DNA from: Chloroflexota bacterium
GTDB lineage: Bacteria; Chloroflexota; UBA6077; CF-72
NCBI GenBank assembly: GCA_035309865.1
Contig: DATGER010000126.1
Coordinates: forward strand, 284 to 64,283
Reading direction: 5' to 3'
Length of the DNA stretch: 64,000 nt
Shown here: piece by piece, positions 46,698 through 55,095 of the stretch
How the letters are laid out: each line of letters opens with the position of its first letter
Position numbering within the stretch: the first letter of the stretch is position 1
Translations under genes and position numbers: made by a program
Notes under the pieces: generated by a model
The model's input: only the letters and a program-made list of their open reading frames with translations
The model's database searches: none
What the model was told of the DNA's origin: nothing

Positions 46698-47975
46698 GTG
46701 CCGGAACCAACTTCGCGTCGGCGATTTCTGCTGCTCGCCGCGGTAGCTTCGGGAGGTGGAGTGCTTGCCGCGTGTGCGCAGGCGGCGCCCGCGGTTGCGC
46801 CAACGGCAGCGCCCGCGGCGACCAGGCCCACCAGCGCCCCGGCCGCGGCCGCCACTCCGCCACCCACCGCTGCGCCGACCGCACCGGCCGCCGCGACTTC
46901 GGCCCCCGCGGCGCCAACGGCGCCGGTCGCCGCGACGACGGCACCCGCCCTGGTCGCTGCGACGTCGCCGCCCCTGACGGCGGCCATGCCCGGCAAGGCC
47001 GTGGCCAAGGACCACCCGACGATCGTCGCGCTGTACGAGGCGGCGAAGAAGGAGGGCAAAGTCTCCTGGTGGGACCAGCGCGACCCGACCGTTGCCCAGA
47101 AGTTCATCGACGCCTTTCAAAAGCAGTTCCCGGGCGTGACGGTCGAGTACTTCGAGGGTACCCAGGACGTCATCAAGGCGCGCACCATCCAGGAAGCCCG
47201 CGCTGGCCGAATCTCGTACGACTTCATCGACACGGCCCAGAACTGGCCCGATTTCCAGGCCAACAAGATCGTCGATGCCACGACCGACTTCACCGACCTG
47301 CTCACCCTCGCCGGCATCGACAAGGCGTTCATGGTGGATGGCACCTACTCGCCCGAATTCACGGTCTATGGCTCCGCCTACAACACCGATCTCGTCAAAG
47401 TGGCGGACCTGCCAGATACCCTGGACGGCTTCAGCGACCCCAAATGGAAAGGCCAGCTGGGGATCGAAGCCCGCCTGCGGCCGTACGTCTATGGCACGCC
47501 ATTCCTCGGCGGCGAAGACAACGTCGTCGACATGCTCACCCGGCTGAAAAACAATCAGCCGCAGCCGACCGACGGCGACACCAAGAGTCAGGCGCTCCTG
47601 GTGGCCGGTGAATTTCCGGTCTTGATCGGCGCGTACTTGCAGCGCCTGATCATGATGCAGGACAAGCCGTGGGGCTTCGTACCGTTCAAGGAGGTCTGGT
47701 CCAACGTGCCGCGGCAGGGCCACATCGTGCCGAATGGCGCACCACACCCCAACGCGGGCAGGTTGTACCTGTGGTGGTTCCTGGGCCCGGAGGGGCAGGC
47801 ACTGACCGACGCGGAACGCTTCAAGGGCAACCCGGCGCCAGGGACCGGCACCGGGCCGTCGAAGTACCTCGAGGATCACCACATGGCGATCCGGTTTGCG
47901 CCGATCGAGTTCGACCTGAACTACGACAGGTACGCGCGCAAATACCAGGCCGCGCTCGGTCTGCCCGTCACCTGA
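46698..47975 (+). CDS. ABC importer solute-binding lipoprotein (Fe3+-like family 1) with long Ala/Pro/Thr tether
   Basis: GTG start with a GGGGAGAG RBS. Tat motif SRRRFLLL plus lipobox LAAC. Mature domain has EGKVSWWD and related motifs. Divergent from the permease gene. Confidence 0.8.
   Translation: MPEPTSRRRFLLLAAVASGGGVLAACAQAAPAVAPTAAPAATRPTSAPAAAATPPPTAAPTAPAAATSAPAAPTAPVAATTAPALVAATSPPLTAAMPGKAVAKDHPTIVALYEAAKKEGKVSWWDQRDPTVAQKFIDAFQKQFPGVTVEYFEGTQDVIKARTIQEARAGRISYDFIDTAQNWPDFQANKIVDATTDFTDLLTLAGIDKAFMVDGTYSPEFTVYGSAYNTDLVKVADLPDTLDGFSDPKWKGQLGIEARLRPYVYGTPFLGGEDNVVDMLTRLKNNQPQPTDGDTKSQALLVAGEFPVLIGAYLQRLIMMQDKPWGFVPFKEVWSNVPRQGHIVPNGAPHPNAGRLYLWWFLGPEGQALTDAERFKGNPAPGTGTGPSKYLEDHHMAIRFAPIEFDLNYDRYARKYQAALGLPVT
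46776..46989 (+). repeat. Low-complexity GC-rich coding repeat (Ala/Pro/Thr linker, about 70 aa)
   Basis: Residues 27-97 of the binding protein: AQAAPAVAPTAAPAATRPTSAPAAAATPPPTAAPTAPAAATSAPAAPTAPVAATTAPALVAATSPPLTAA. Confidence 0.7.
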
Positions 47976-48021
47976 GGTTCCGCGGCGCCTACCATGGCGC
48001 GCCGAATGCATCCTCCCAAGC

Positions 48022-49014
48022 GTGCACAAGTGGCTGCTCGTGTGTCTGCTGATTGCCGAGGCGGGGTGCACGTCGCCCATCGAGAGCACCCGCCCTGTCC
48101 CGACTGGTGTCGCCGCCGGGCAAGTGCTCGCCCACGAACCGATCAGCCCCATTCCCGTCGCGGTTGACCTCGACGCGGCGAAGGTCGCGCTGGGGTCGTC
48201 CCTGTTTGAAGATCCCCGTCTGTCCCACGACAATAGCGTCGCTTGCTCGACCTGTCACCACCTGGACACGGGCGGTGTGGATCGGCTGCGCTTCTCGATT
48301 GGCATCTACGGCCAGATTGGCGGCCGAAATGCGCCAACGGTCTTCAACAGTGGCTTCAACTTCCGCCAGTTCTGGGATGGCCGCGCGGCGACGCTCGAAG
48401 ACCAGATCGATGGACCAACTGCCAATCCCCTTGAAATGGGCTCGAACTGGCCAGAAATCACTCGGAAGCTGAATGCCTCGGCAGACTATTCGACGACGTT
48501 TGCCCGGCTCTACGGCGGACCGGCCACGGCGCTTTCCGTGAAGGACGCCGTAGCCACCTTCGAGCGGTCGCTGAGCACTCCCAACTCGCGTTTCGACAAG
48601 TTTCTGAGAGGCGACACAACCGCGCTCACGGCCGTGGAGGTCGAAGGGTACGACAACTTCAAGTCATTCGGGTGCGTCAGTTGTCACCAGGGCACAAATG
48701 TCGGCGGCAACATGTATCAGCGCCTCGGTGTGGTGGAGGCGCCCCCGCCAACGAGCCAGCTCATGGACGACATTGGTCGGTTTGGCGTGACCGGCGACGT
48801 CCTTGACCGGCACGTCTACAAGGTGCCGAGCCTCCGCAACGTGGCGGTAACCGCGCCATACTTTCACGACGGCTCGGTTTCAACCCTCGAGGGTGCAGTG
48901 ACGCTCATGGGTCGCTACCAGTTGGGCCGCCAGCTCACCTCCGCTGAGATCGAGCGGCTGGTCGCGTTCTTGAAGACGTTGACGGGCGAGTACGCGGGCA
49001 CCGTTCTCAAGTGA
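48022..49014 (+). CDS. Di-heme cytochrome c peroxidase (CCP/MauG family), lipoprotein
   Basis: Lipobox LIAEAGC. Heme motifs CSTCHH and CVSCHQ. Family motifs GRNAPTVFN, PSLRNVAVTAPYFHDGS. Confidence 0.9.
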   Translation: MHKWLLVCLLIAEAGCTSPIESTRPVPTGVAAGQVLAHEPISPIPVAVDLDAAKVALGSSLFEDPRLSHDNSVACSTCHHLDTGGVDRLRFSIGIYGQIGGRNAPTVFNSGFNFRQFWDGRAATLEDQIDGPTANPLEMGSNWPEITRKLNASADYSTTFARLYGGPATALSVKDAVATFERSLSTPNSRFDKFLRGDTTALTAVEVEGYDNFKSFGCVSCHQGTNVGGNMYQRLGVVEAPPPTSQLMDDIGRFGVTGDVLDRHVYKVPSLRNVAVTAPYFHDGSVSTLEGAVTLMGRYQLGRQLTSAEIERLVAFLKTLTGEYAGTVLK

Positions 49015-51212
49015 CGCGCTCGGGCATCGCGGCGCTGGCCGTGACGCTCTGCGGCTTGCTGCTGCTGTCTTTGGTAGCAGTCAAGATGCAGTCGCTGGAC
49101 TTTCAGGAGCACAGTCGGTACGAAGCCGGGTTAGTCCACCTGAGGGAGCTGGATGCGCGCCAGAATGCCGACGTGCTCGAGTCACGCTTCGAGCTCGCGA
49201 CTTCGTACGACGCGCTGGTTGCGGATCTTGGGACGTTAGAGCTCACCGAAGGAGAGTTGCTCACAGCACCGGCCTTTGTGGACAGTGACGCGCGAGCGGA
49301 GCTCTCGCGGTTGCTGGCGAGTCACGACGCGGCGGTCGATGAAAAGGCAGCCCTCATCGAGCGATTCAAGTCCGAGAACGCGATCCTCAGGAACTCACTC
49401 CACTACCTTCCCGTGCTGTACGGCGATCTCGCGCCGGCGGATGCGGCTGACCGCACCCCACTCGGCGTGAGCGACATCATCCGCGACACGCTCCTGTACA
49501 ACCTCAACGGCGATCCGGCAATCGCGAGCGCCGTCAGAGCGCGACTCGAACTGATGGCGAGTTCAAGCCCCGGAGTTGCGCCCCCGGCCGCCTACCAGCT
49601 ACAGACTCTGGCTGCGCATGCGGGGATCATTCTGGCGTCCAAACCCGTGCTGGATAGGCTGGTCGAAGAGATTGTGGCGGTGCCGACACTCAGCCGGGCT
49701 GAAGCGCTGGAAGCGGCGTACACGGCCGAGTACAGGCGTGCGCTGGCCTGGGCGAATCTGTATCGCTTGATCCTGCTGGCGCTGGCGGTCATCCTGCTGA
49801 GCGGGAGCGGGTTCATTCTGGCCAGACTCCGGCGGGCAACCATCGAGCGCAACACCGCGAGTGCAGCGCTCGTCGCGAGGCAACTCGCGCTCCAGTATCA
49901 GGCGTACCACGACGGGCTCACCGATCTGCCGAACCGGACCCTATTGGATGAGCGACTCGAGGCTGCCGTCGCTGGCGCGCAGCAATCGGGACAGCCGCTG
50001 GCGCTGCTGATCATGGACCTTGACCGCTTCAAGGAGGTCAACGACACACTCGGGCATCATGCCGGTGACGGGTTGTTGCGTCAGGTGGCCGCGCGATTGC
50101 AAGCGGCTCGACGAGCCAGAGACACCGTCGCCCGACTGGGGGGTGATGAGTTCGCGATGCTTGTCCCAGACGCCAGCGCGGATGGGGCGCGCACGCGCGC
50201 AAGCGAGCTTCTGGAGGCTCTGGGACAACCGTTCAGCGTGGAAGAACGCGTGCTCGAGATCGGAGCAAGCATCGGCATCGCACTCTACCCCGAGCACGGG
50301 TCCGACGCCGAGACCCTGCTGCGGCACGCGGATGTCGCGCTGTACGTTGCGAAGCGCGAAAACGGCGGCGCGGTCGTCTATGGCCCGGAGCAGGATCTTC
50401 ACAGCGCGACCCGTCTCGGACTCGTGGGCGCACTGCGGAGGGCCATCGAAAATGGCGAGCTCGTGCTGCACTATCAGCCCATCGTCGACCGCCGCACTCG
50501 ACGCGTGAGTGGGGTGGAGGCACTCGTGCGATGGCAGCATCCACTCCAGGGGTTGCTGCTCCCGGATCAGTTCATTCCGCTGGCCGAGGAAACCGGACTG
50601 ATCAATCTCCTCAGCCGCTGGGTGCTCGAAGCGGCGCTGCAGCAATGCCGCACCTGGCAACGCGCTGGCCTGGCCTTACCAGTGTCGGTGAACCTGTCGA
50701 TGCGCAATCTTCAGGATCGAGGGCTGCCGGACACGATTGCGCCGTTGCTCGAGATCTACAACGTGCCCCCGGGCTGGCTCACGCTCGAGATCACTGAAAG
50801 CGCCGTCATGGCCGATCCGGATCGGGCCCTCGAGGTGCTGGGCAAGTTGCGTGGGCTCGGGGTCCGCATGGCGATCGACGATTTTGGGACCGGATATGCG
50901 TCGCTGGCGTACTTGAAGCGACTGCCGGTTGATCAACTCAAGATCGACCGAGCCTTCACTTTGAACGTCTGCGTCGACCGCAGCGATCTCGCCATCGTGA
51001 GGTCGGTGATCGAACTGGGCCACCACCTTGGCCTGCAAATGGTGGCCGAAGGGGTCGAAGATGCCGCCAGCTGGAAACAGTTGATCGACCTCGGCTGTGA
51101 CCAGGCACAAGGGTACTTCTTTAGTCGCCCGTTGCCGGCCCACGCGCTGGAGCACTGGTTGCGCGAGTCAACATGGGGGCCACTGGGCGGCCTGCGTGCG
51201 ACCGCGGCGTGA
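49011..51212 (+). CDS. Membrane GGDEF-EAL (diguanylate cyclase/phosphodiesterase) protein with N-terminal periplasmic helical sensor (DAHL-like)
   Basis: GTG at 49011 overlaps the CCP TGA (GTGA). Two TM segments flank a ~230-aa sensor. RLGGDEFAML, EALVRW, DDFGTGYASL and QGYFFSRP motifs are intact. Confidence 0.9.
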   Translation: MTRSGIAALAVTLCGLLLLSLVAVKMQSLDFQEHSRYEAGLVHLRELDARQNADVLESRFELATSYDALVADLGTLELTEGELLTAPAFVDSDARAELSRLLASHDAAVDEKAALIERFKSENAILRNSLHYLPVLYGDLAPADAADRTPLGVSDIIRDTLLYNLNGDPAIASAVRARLELMASSSPGVAPPAAYQLQTLAAHAGIILASKPVLDRLVEEIVAVPTLSRAEALEAAYTAEYRRALAWANLYRLILLALAVILLSGSGFILARLRRATIERNTASAALVARQLALQYQAYHDGLTDLPNRTLLDERLEAAVAGAQQSGQPLALLIMDLDRFKEVNDTLGHHAGDGLLRQVAARLQAARRARDTVARLGGDEFAMLVPDASADGARTRASELLEALGQPFSVEERVLEIGASIGIALYPEHGSDAETLLRHADVALYVAKRENGGAVVYGPEQDLHSATRLGLVGALRRAIENGELVLHYQPIVDRRTRRVSGVEALVRWQHPLQGLLLPDQFIPLAEETGLINLLSRWVLEAALQQCRTWQRAGLALPVSVNLSMRNLQDRGLPDTIAPLLEIYNVPPGWLTLEITESAVMADPDRALEVLGKLRGLGVRMAIDDFGTGYASLAYLKRLPVDQLKIDRAFTLNVCVDRSDLAIVRSVIELGHHLGLQMVAEGVEDAASWKQLIDLGCDQAQGYFFSRPLPAHALEHWLRESTWGPLGGLRATAA

Positions 51213-51283
51213 GCGTGCACCGTAGTCGAAAGCTTTAATAGTTAATTCACACGTTGGCAACGAACGACTGCCAGCGTAGACGC

Positions 51284-52018
51284 ATGTTCTCTGTTTCTTT
51301 CGCCACGTTGCCACGTCTTCTAGCCTCCGCCGCCGCGGCCGGCGCACTCAGCCTGCAACCGATCTCCAGCTTTGCCCAAACCGCCCCAACCAGCTGCACC
51401 GTGCCGGTGCTGGACCTCGCGAACCCGGGCCCAGGGGCTATGGTGCTGCCGGGCGCGTACACCATCCAGGGGGCGGCCTTTGATCCAGAGGCCGCCCAGG
51501 GCAGCGGTATTGACCAGGTGTCGTTCTTCCTCGGCGACCGCAACGCGGGTGGGATGGCGCTCGGCGTGGCGCAGCCCGACAAGGGCCCGCGGCTGGATGA
51601 TTTCAGCGTGACGGTGACCCTGCCGAGCACGAGCCTGGGGGAACATGAGTTTGTCGCGTATGCGCGTTCGGCGCTAACGGGCAATGAAACCCAGGTGAGC
51701 TTTCCGATCGTGCTGGGCGAAGATCCCAGCAAGACCCCGCTGAACGCGCTCGGCCCGGCCGCCGAAACGGTGTCCACCACGAGCGCCTGCGGCGCGACAG
51801 CCAGCAGTGCTGCGCCAGCGGCGGCGCCGGCCCCGGCGATCGTTGTGCCCGAGCCCGCGGTAGCCACCGCGCCCTCGGGGATTGCGGCGGCAGAGGCGTA
51901 CGCAGCGGAAGTTCAGCTGCAGGTGCCGGATGAAACGACGGCCAGCAGTGGTGAGGCCGCCAACGGCGAGGCCGCCACTGGCGACGCCGCCACTCCAGTG
52001 GATACCACTCAGCCGTAG
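51284..52018 (+). CDS. Secreted hypothetical protein (Ig-like fold plausible) with acidic low-complexity tail
   Basis: ATG at 51284 gives the signal peptide MFSVSFATLPRLLASAAAAGALSL. Preceded by an AT-rich patch (51225-51260). No recognisable domain. Confidence 0.5.
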   Translation: MFSVSFATLPRLLASAAAAGALSLQPISSFAQTAPTSCTVPVLDLANPGPGAMVLPGAYTIQGAAFDPEAAQGSGIDQVSFFLGDRNAGGMALGVAQPDKGPRLDDFSVTVTLPSTSLGEHEFVAYARSALTGNETQVSFPIVLGEDPSKTPLNALGPAAETVSTTSACGATASSAAPAAAPAPAIVVPEPAVATAPSGIAAAEAYAAEVQLQVPDETTASSGEAANGEAATGDAATPVDTTQP

Positions 52019-52022
52019 ATAT

Positions 52023-53105
52023 TCAGAGTACGTAGCAGCGTTCGGACGGGACGTGCACGCGCACGTCCCGTCCTTCTTCGAGCACGACGAACGGCGCTCC
52101 CTTGGCGCGCACCGTCCGGCCGCCCAGGTCGATGACGTACTCGACGGCGTCCCCGACGAAGCTCGCGGCCGCGATCTGGCCGCGCAGGCCGTTGTCGGTG
52201 TTCGCCGCGTCCACGGCGAGGACGACGCTTTCGGGGCGGAAGCCCACGGTGATCGCGTCGCCAGGCGCCATCGCGGGCGGCAGTCCACACGTCAGCACCC
52301 CCCAGGGCGTTTGCACCGTGCCCCCGGCGACGTCCAGAACGCGGCCCTCCAGCAAGTTCGTCCGGCCCAGGAAGTTGGCGGCAAACGCGTCGGCCGGCCG
52401 CAAATACACGTCGCGCGGCGCACCCTCCTGGACGATGGCGCCGTTGTTGATGAGCGCGACGCGGTCCGACATCGACAGCGCCTCCAGCTGATCATGCGTG
52501 ACGTAGAGGGTCGTGGTGTCGAGGCGTCGCACCAGGGATTTGATCTCGTGGCGCATGTCTTCGCGCAGCCGGGCGTCGAGGTTGCTCAGGGGTTCGTCCA
52601 GCAGCAGGACGGCCGGTTCTGAGGCAATGGCGCGGGCCAGCGCGACGCGCTGCTGCTGCCCGCCCGAGAGCATCGGGGCTGGTCGGCTCGCCAGGGCGTC
52701 GAGTTGGACCAGCGCCAGGGCGCGCATGACCTTCTCCTCGATGATCTTGCGGGGTTGTTTGCGCGCTGCCATCCCGTGTGCCAGCGGGAAGGCGACATTG
52801 TCGAACACCGTCATGTGCGGCCAGATCGCGTAGCTCTGGAAGACCATGCCGATGTTGCGCTTGTGCGGCGGAACCAGCGTGTGGCTGGCACTGGCGTACA
52901 CGACGGTCGAGTCGATCTCGATCGAACCGCTGGTCGGCGACTCCAGGCCAGCGATGCAGCGCAACGTGCTGGTCTTGCCACACCCCGAAGGACCCAGCAG
53001 CGTATAAAACTGGCCGCGTTCCACGGTGAGGCTGAGCCCCCGGATGGCGTCCACGTCCCCGTCGACGGTGCGATAGCTCAGGCGCAGATCCTGGACTTTC
53101 AGCAT
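52023..53105 (-). CDS. ABC importer ATP-binding protein (PotA/FbpC/MalK-type with TOBE-like C-terminus)
   Basis: Walker A GPSGCGKTS, signature LSGGQQQR, Walker B LLLDEPLS. Confidence 0.9.
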   Translation of the reverse strand: MLKVQDLRLSYRTVDGDVDAIRGLSLTVERGQFYTLLGPSGCGKTSTLRCIAGLESPTSGSIEIDSTVVYASASHTLVPPHKRNIGMVFQSYAIWPHMTVFDNVAFPLAHGMAARKQPRKIIEEKVMRALALVQLDALASRPAPMLSGGQQQRVALARAIASEPAVLLLDEPLSNLDARLREDMRHEIKSLVRRLDTTTLYVTHDQLEALSMSDRVALINNGAIVQEGAPRDVYLRPADAFAANFLGRTNLLEGRVLDVAGGTVQTPWGVLTCGLPPAMAPGDAITVGFRPESVVLAVDAANTDNGLRGQIAAASFVGDAVEYVIDLGGRTVRAKGAPFVVLEEGRDVRVHVPSERCYVL

Positions 53106-53137
53106 CGGCTTCGCGAAGTTCGCTCCTCACCCCCCCG

Positions 53138-53165
53138 GCCCCCCTCTCCGCCCGAGGAGAGGGGG
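53138..53165 (-). other. Strong intercistronic hairpin (11-bp C/G-rich stem, 6-nt loop)
   Basis: CCCCCCTCTCC-GCCCGA-GGAGAGGGGGG is perfectly complementary. It lies between the bicupin-2 stop (53195) and the ATPase start (53105). No U-tract. Confidence 0.6.
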
Positions 53166-53194
53166 GAGATAAATCCCATCTCGTAGCCTGGCGT

Positions 53195-54292
53195 CTAGAC
53201 GCTCACGGGGGTGAACTCGTAGTCGCGCGACGCGTAGGCGTCAGGCGGCACGAGCGACGTCAGGCCGCGGGTGGCGAGCTCCGCTTCGAAGCGGTCGCGG
53301 ACCTCGGGCGCTTCGTCGACGTACTCGATCTGGTCGCGCGCGCGATCCTCGATCCGTTCGGCGTGGCCGTCAAACTGCATCGGGGGATGGAATGCCAGAT
53401 AGCGCGCGGGCGACTGGCCGACGTTGAAGTGCTGGTGGAACCACCGATTGGGGGGCGTGATCAGGCTGCCCGGCTTCCACGGCGCGATGACCCGGTCCTT
53501 GCCCTCTTCCCACATGACCGAGTAGCCCTCGCCCGCGGGAATGACGATGGCGCGGCCCGGACCGTGTCGGTGGGCCTTCTTGTACGTCCGCGCGGGGAAC
53601 ATCGACATGTGACAGCTGATCTCAGAGCCTGGAAACTCCATGGCCACGCTCCGGCCGCCAGCGCCACGCCGCGCGTTCACCTCGAGTCTGTCCCAGGCGC
53701 TCATATCGGGGAAGAAACTACCGACCCAGACCTGCCGGCGGCGCTTCCAGATCACGTCCGCGGGGTTGGTCGTCCGCAGCGACGGCGGCGCGTACAGCGC
53801 CTCCAGGTCGACGCGCTGGACCGGCGCAGCGTCGTCAGGCGCCTCGGTCGTGATGAACGCATCCGCGTCCGGACTGGCCGACAGCAGCAGCGGGAAATAG
53901 TTGTAGTGGAGGAGCCGCGCCGCTCGCGAGCCGTGCGTGTTGCTGAACTGGTGGAAGTGGTGGCGGGGCAGCAAGAACATGCTGTTCGGCTGCCACTCGA
54001 AGCTCTTGCGCGCGCCGCCGGCGGCCCACACCGACGTGGCGCCCCGACCCTGGACCACGTAGACGACCTCATCGAATGCCAGCCGCACCGGCGGCAGGAC
54101 CCCCCGCGGGGGGACTTCGCTGACGCGTGTCTCGGTGATGCCCTGCTGGCCCTCGAGCTGGATGAATGCCGCGTCGCAGCCGCGCGCCGGCCAGTGTCCC
54201 AGCCGCACCGCGCCCAGGTCTTCGATGAAGTAGCCGCTGTGGATGGGCAGACCAAGGGACGCCATCCAGTGGTCGTGGGTGTACTTGAGCAC
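53195..54292 (-). CDS. Bicupin protein (double cupin, dioxygenase-like), paralogue 2
   Basis: GTG start 10 nt after the PhyH stop. Blocks VYVVQGRGATSVW...FEWQPNSMFLLP and YKKAHRHGPGRAIVIPAG...NRWFHQHFNVG align with paralogue 1. Confidence 0.7.
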   Translation of the reverse strand: MLKYTHDHWMASLGLPIHSGYFIEDLGAVRLGHWPARGCDAAFIQLEGQQGITETRVSEVPPRGVLPPVRLAFDEVVYVVQGRGATSVWAAGGARKSFEWQPNSMFLLPRHHFHQFSNTHGSRAARLLHYNYFPLLLSASPDADAFITTEAPDDAAPVQRVDLEALYAPPSLRTTNPADVIWKRRRQVWVGSFFPDMSAWDRLEVNARRGAGGRSVAMEFPGSEISCHMSMFPARTYKKAHRHGPGRAIVIPAGEGYSVMWEEGKDRVIAPWKPGSLITPPNRWFHQHFNVGQSPARYLAFHPPMQFDGHAERIEDRARDQIEYVDEAPEVRDRFEAELATRGLTSLVPPDAYASRDYEFTPVSV

Positions 54293-54302
54293 GTCCGTCT
54301 CG

Positions 54303-55079
54303 CTAGATCTCGAGCGCGTTCGGGTTGATGCCGCGCAGCATCGTGCCCTGGCCGGGCGAGCGGTGCTGATCGGTCGTCGGGCGATCGTCGGGGGAGCGCA
54401 TCTGGATCAGCAGAATGCGGCGCGGGCGGGTGCTGGTGTTGACGTATGAGCCGTGCACCGTGAAGTAGCTGAAGAGCAGGACATCGCCCGCCCGAGCTTC
54501 AACCGGCCGTGCGCGTGCCAGCGGCCACTCGTCCGTGTCGAGATAGAAGCTGTTGTCGCGACGGTGCTCGAGCGGGCCGAGGGTGTGGCTGCCGGCGACG
54601 GCACAGATGCAGCCGTTGTCGACGGTGGCGTCGTCGAGGTGGATGATCGCGGCGATCATGGTGTGCTGGGTGTGCGGGAAATACGGATAGTCCTGGTGCA
54701 TCGGGAACGGCGAGCCGACCGCCGGCGGCTTGTTATGCAGCTTGGTGTGGTGCAGCTGCACGTTCGGCCCGATCAGCTCGGCCGCCAGGTCCGTCAAGCG
54801 CGGATCGACCAGGGCTCGAGTAAAGACCGCCGAGTGGTTCTGGACGTTGTGGATGCTGTCGACGCGGGTGGCTGGCGGGGCGTCGGCGACCCCCACCCCG
54901 GCCGATTCACGCCAGGCGCCCTTCCAGGTCGCTTCGGTGGCCCGACCGCCGCGGCTGGCCCGCTCGAGCAACGCATCTGTCTCCTGTTGCAAGTCGCTGA
55001 GCGTCGCGGCATCAAAGACATGGCGAACGAGAGCGAAGCCATTGGTGTGATACGCGTCGAGATCGATCTGGGTCCCCAT
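54303..55079 (-). CDS. Phytanoyl-CoA dioxygenase (PhyH) family Fe(II)/2-oxoglutarate oxygenase
   Basis: PhyH-type N-terminus (YHTNGFALVRHVFD). HxD motif in PMHQDYPYF, distal His in FTVHGS, Arg downstream. Confidence 0.85.
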   Translation of the reverse strand: MGTQIDLDAYHTNGFALVRHVFDAATLSDLQQETDALLERASRGGRATEATWKGAWRESAGVGVADAPPATRVDSIHNVQNHSAVFTRALVDPRLTDLAAELIGPNVQLHHTKLHNKPPAVGSPFPMHQDYPYFPHTQHTMIAAIIHLDDATVDNGCICAVAGSHTLGPLEHRRDNSFYLDTDEWPLARARPVEARAGDVLLFSYFTVHGSYVNTSTRPRRILLIQMRSPDDRPTTDQHRSPGQGTMLRGINPNALEI

Positions 55080-55095
55080 CTGGGCAGAATAGCAC

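Noticed and set aside
46756-46990. Repetitive region considered as a CRISPR-like or VNTR array
   Set aside because: It has no regular repeat-spacer periodicity. It is in-frame low-complexity coding sequence (the Ala/Pro/Thr linker).
46689-48233. 514-aa minus-strand ORF
   Set aside because: It lies entirely antisense to the solute-binding protein gene and the start of the CCP gene. It is Arg/Gly/Pro-rich (long RRGGR runs mirroring the Ala/Pro linker) with no domain-like segments. This is a typical GC-rich shadow frame.
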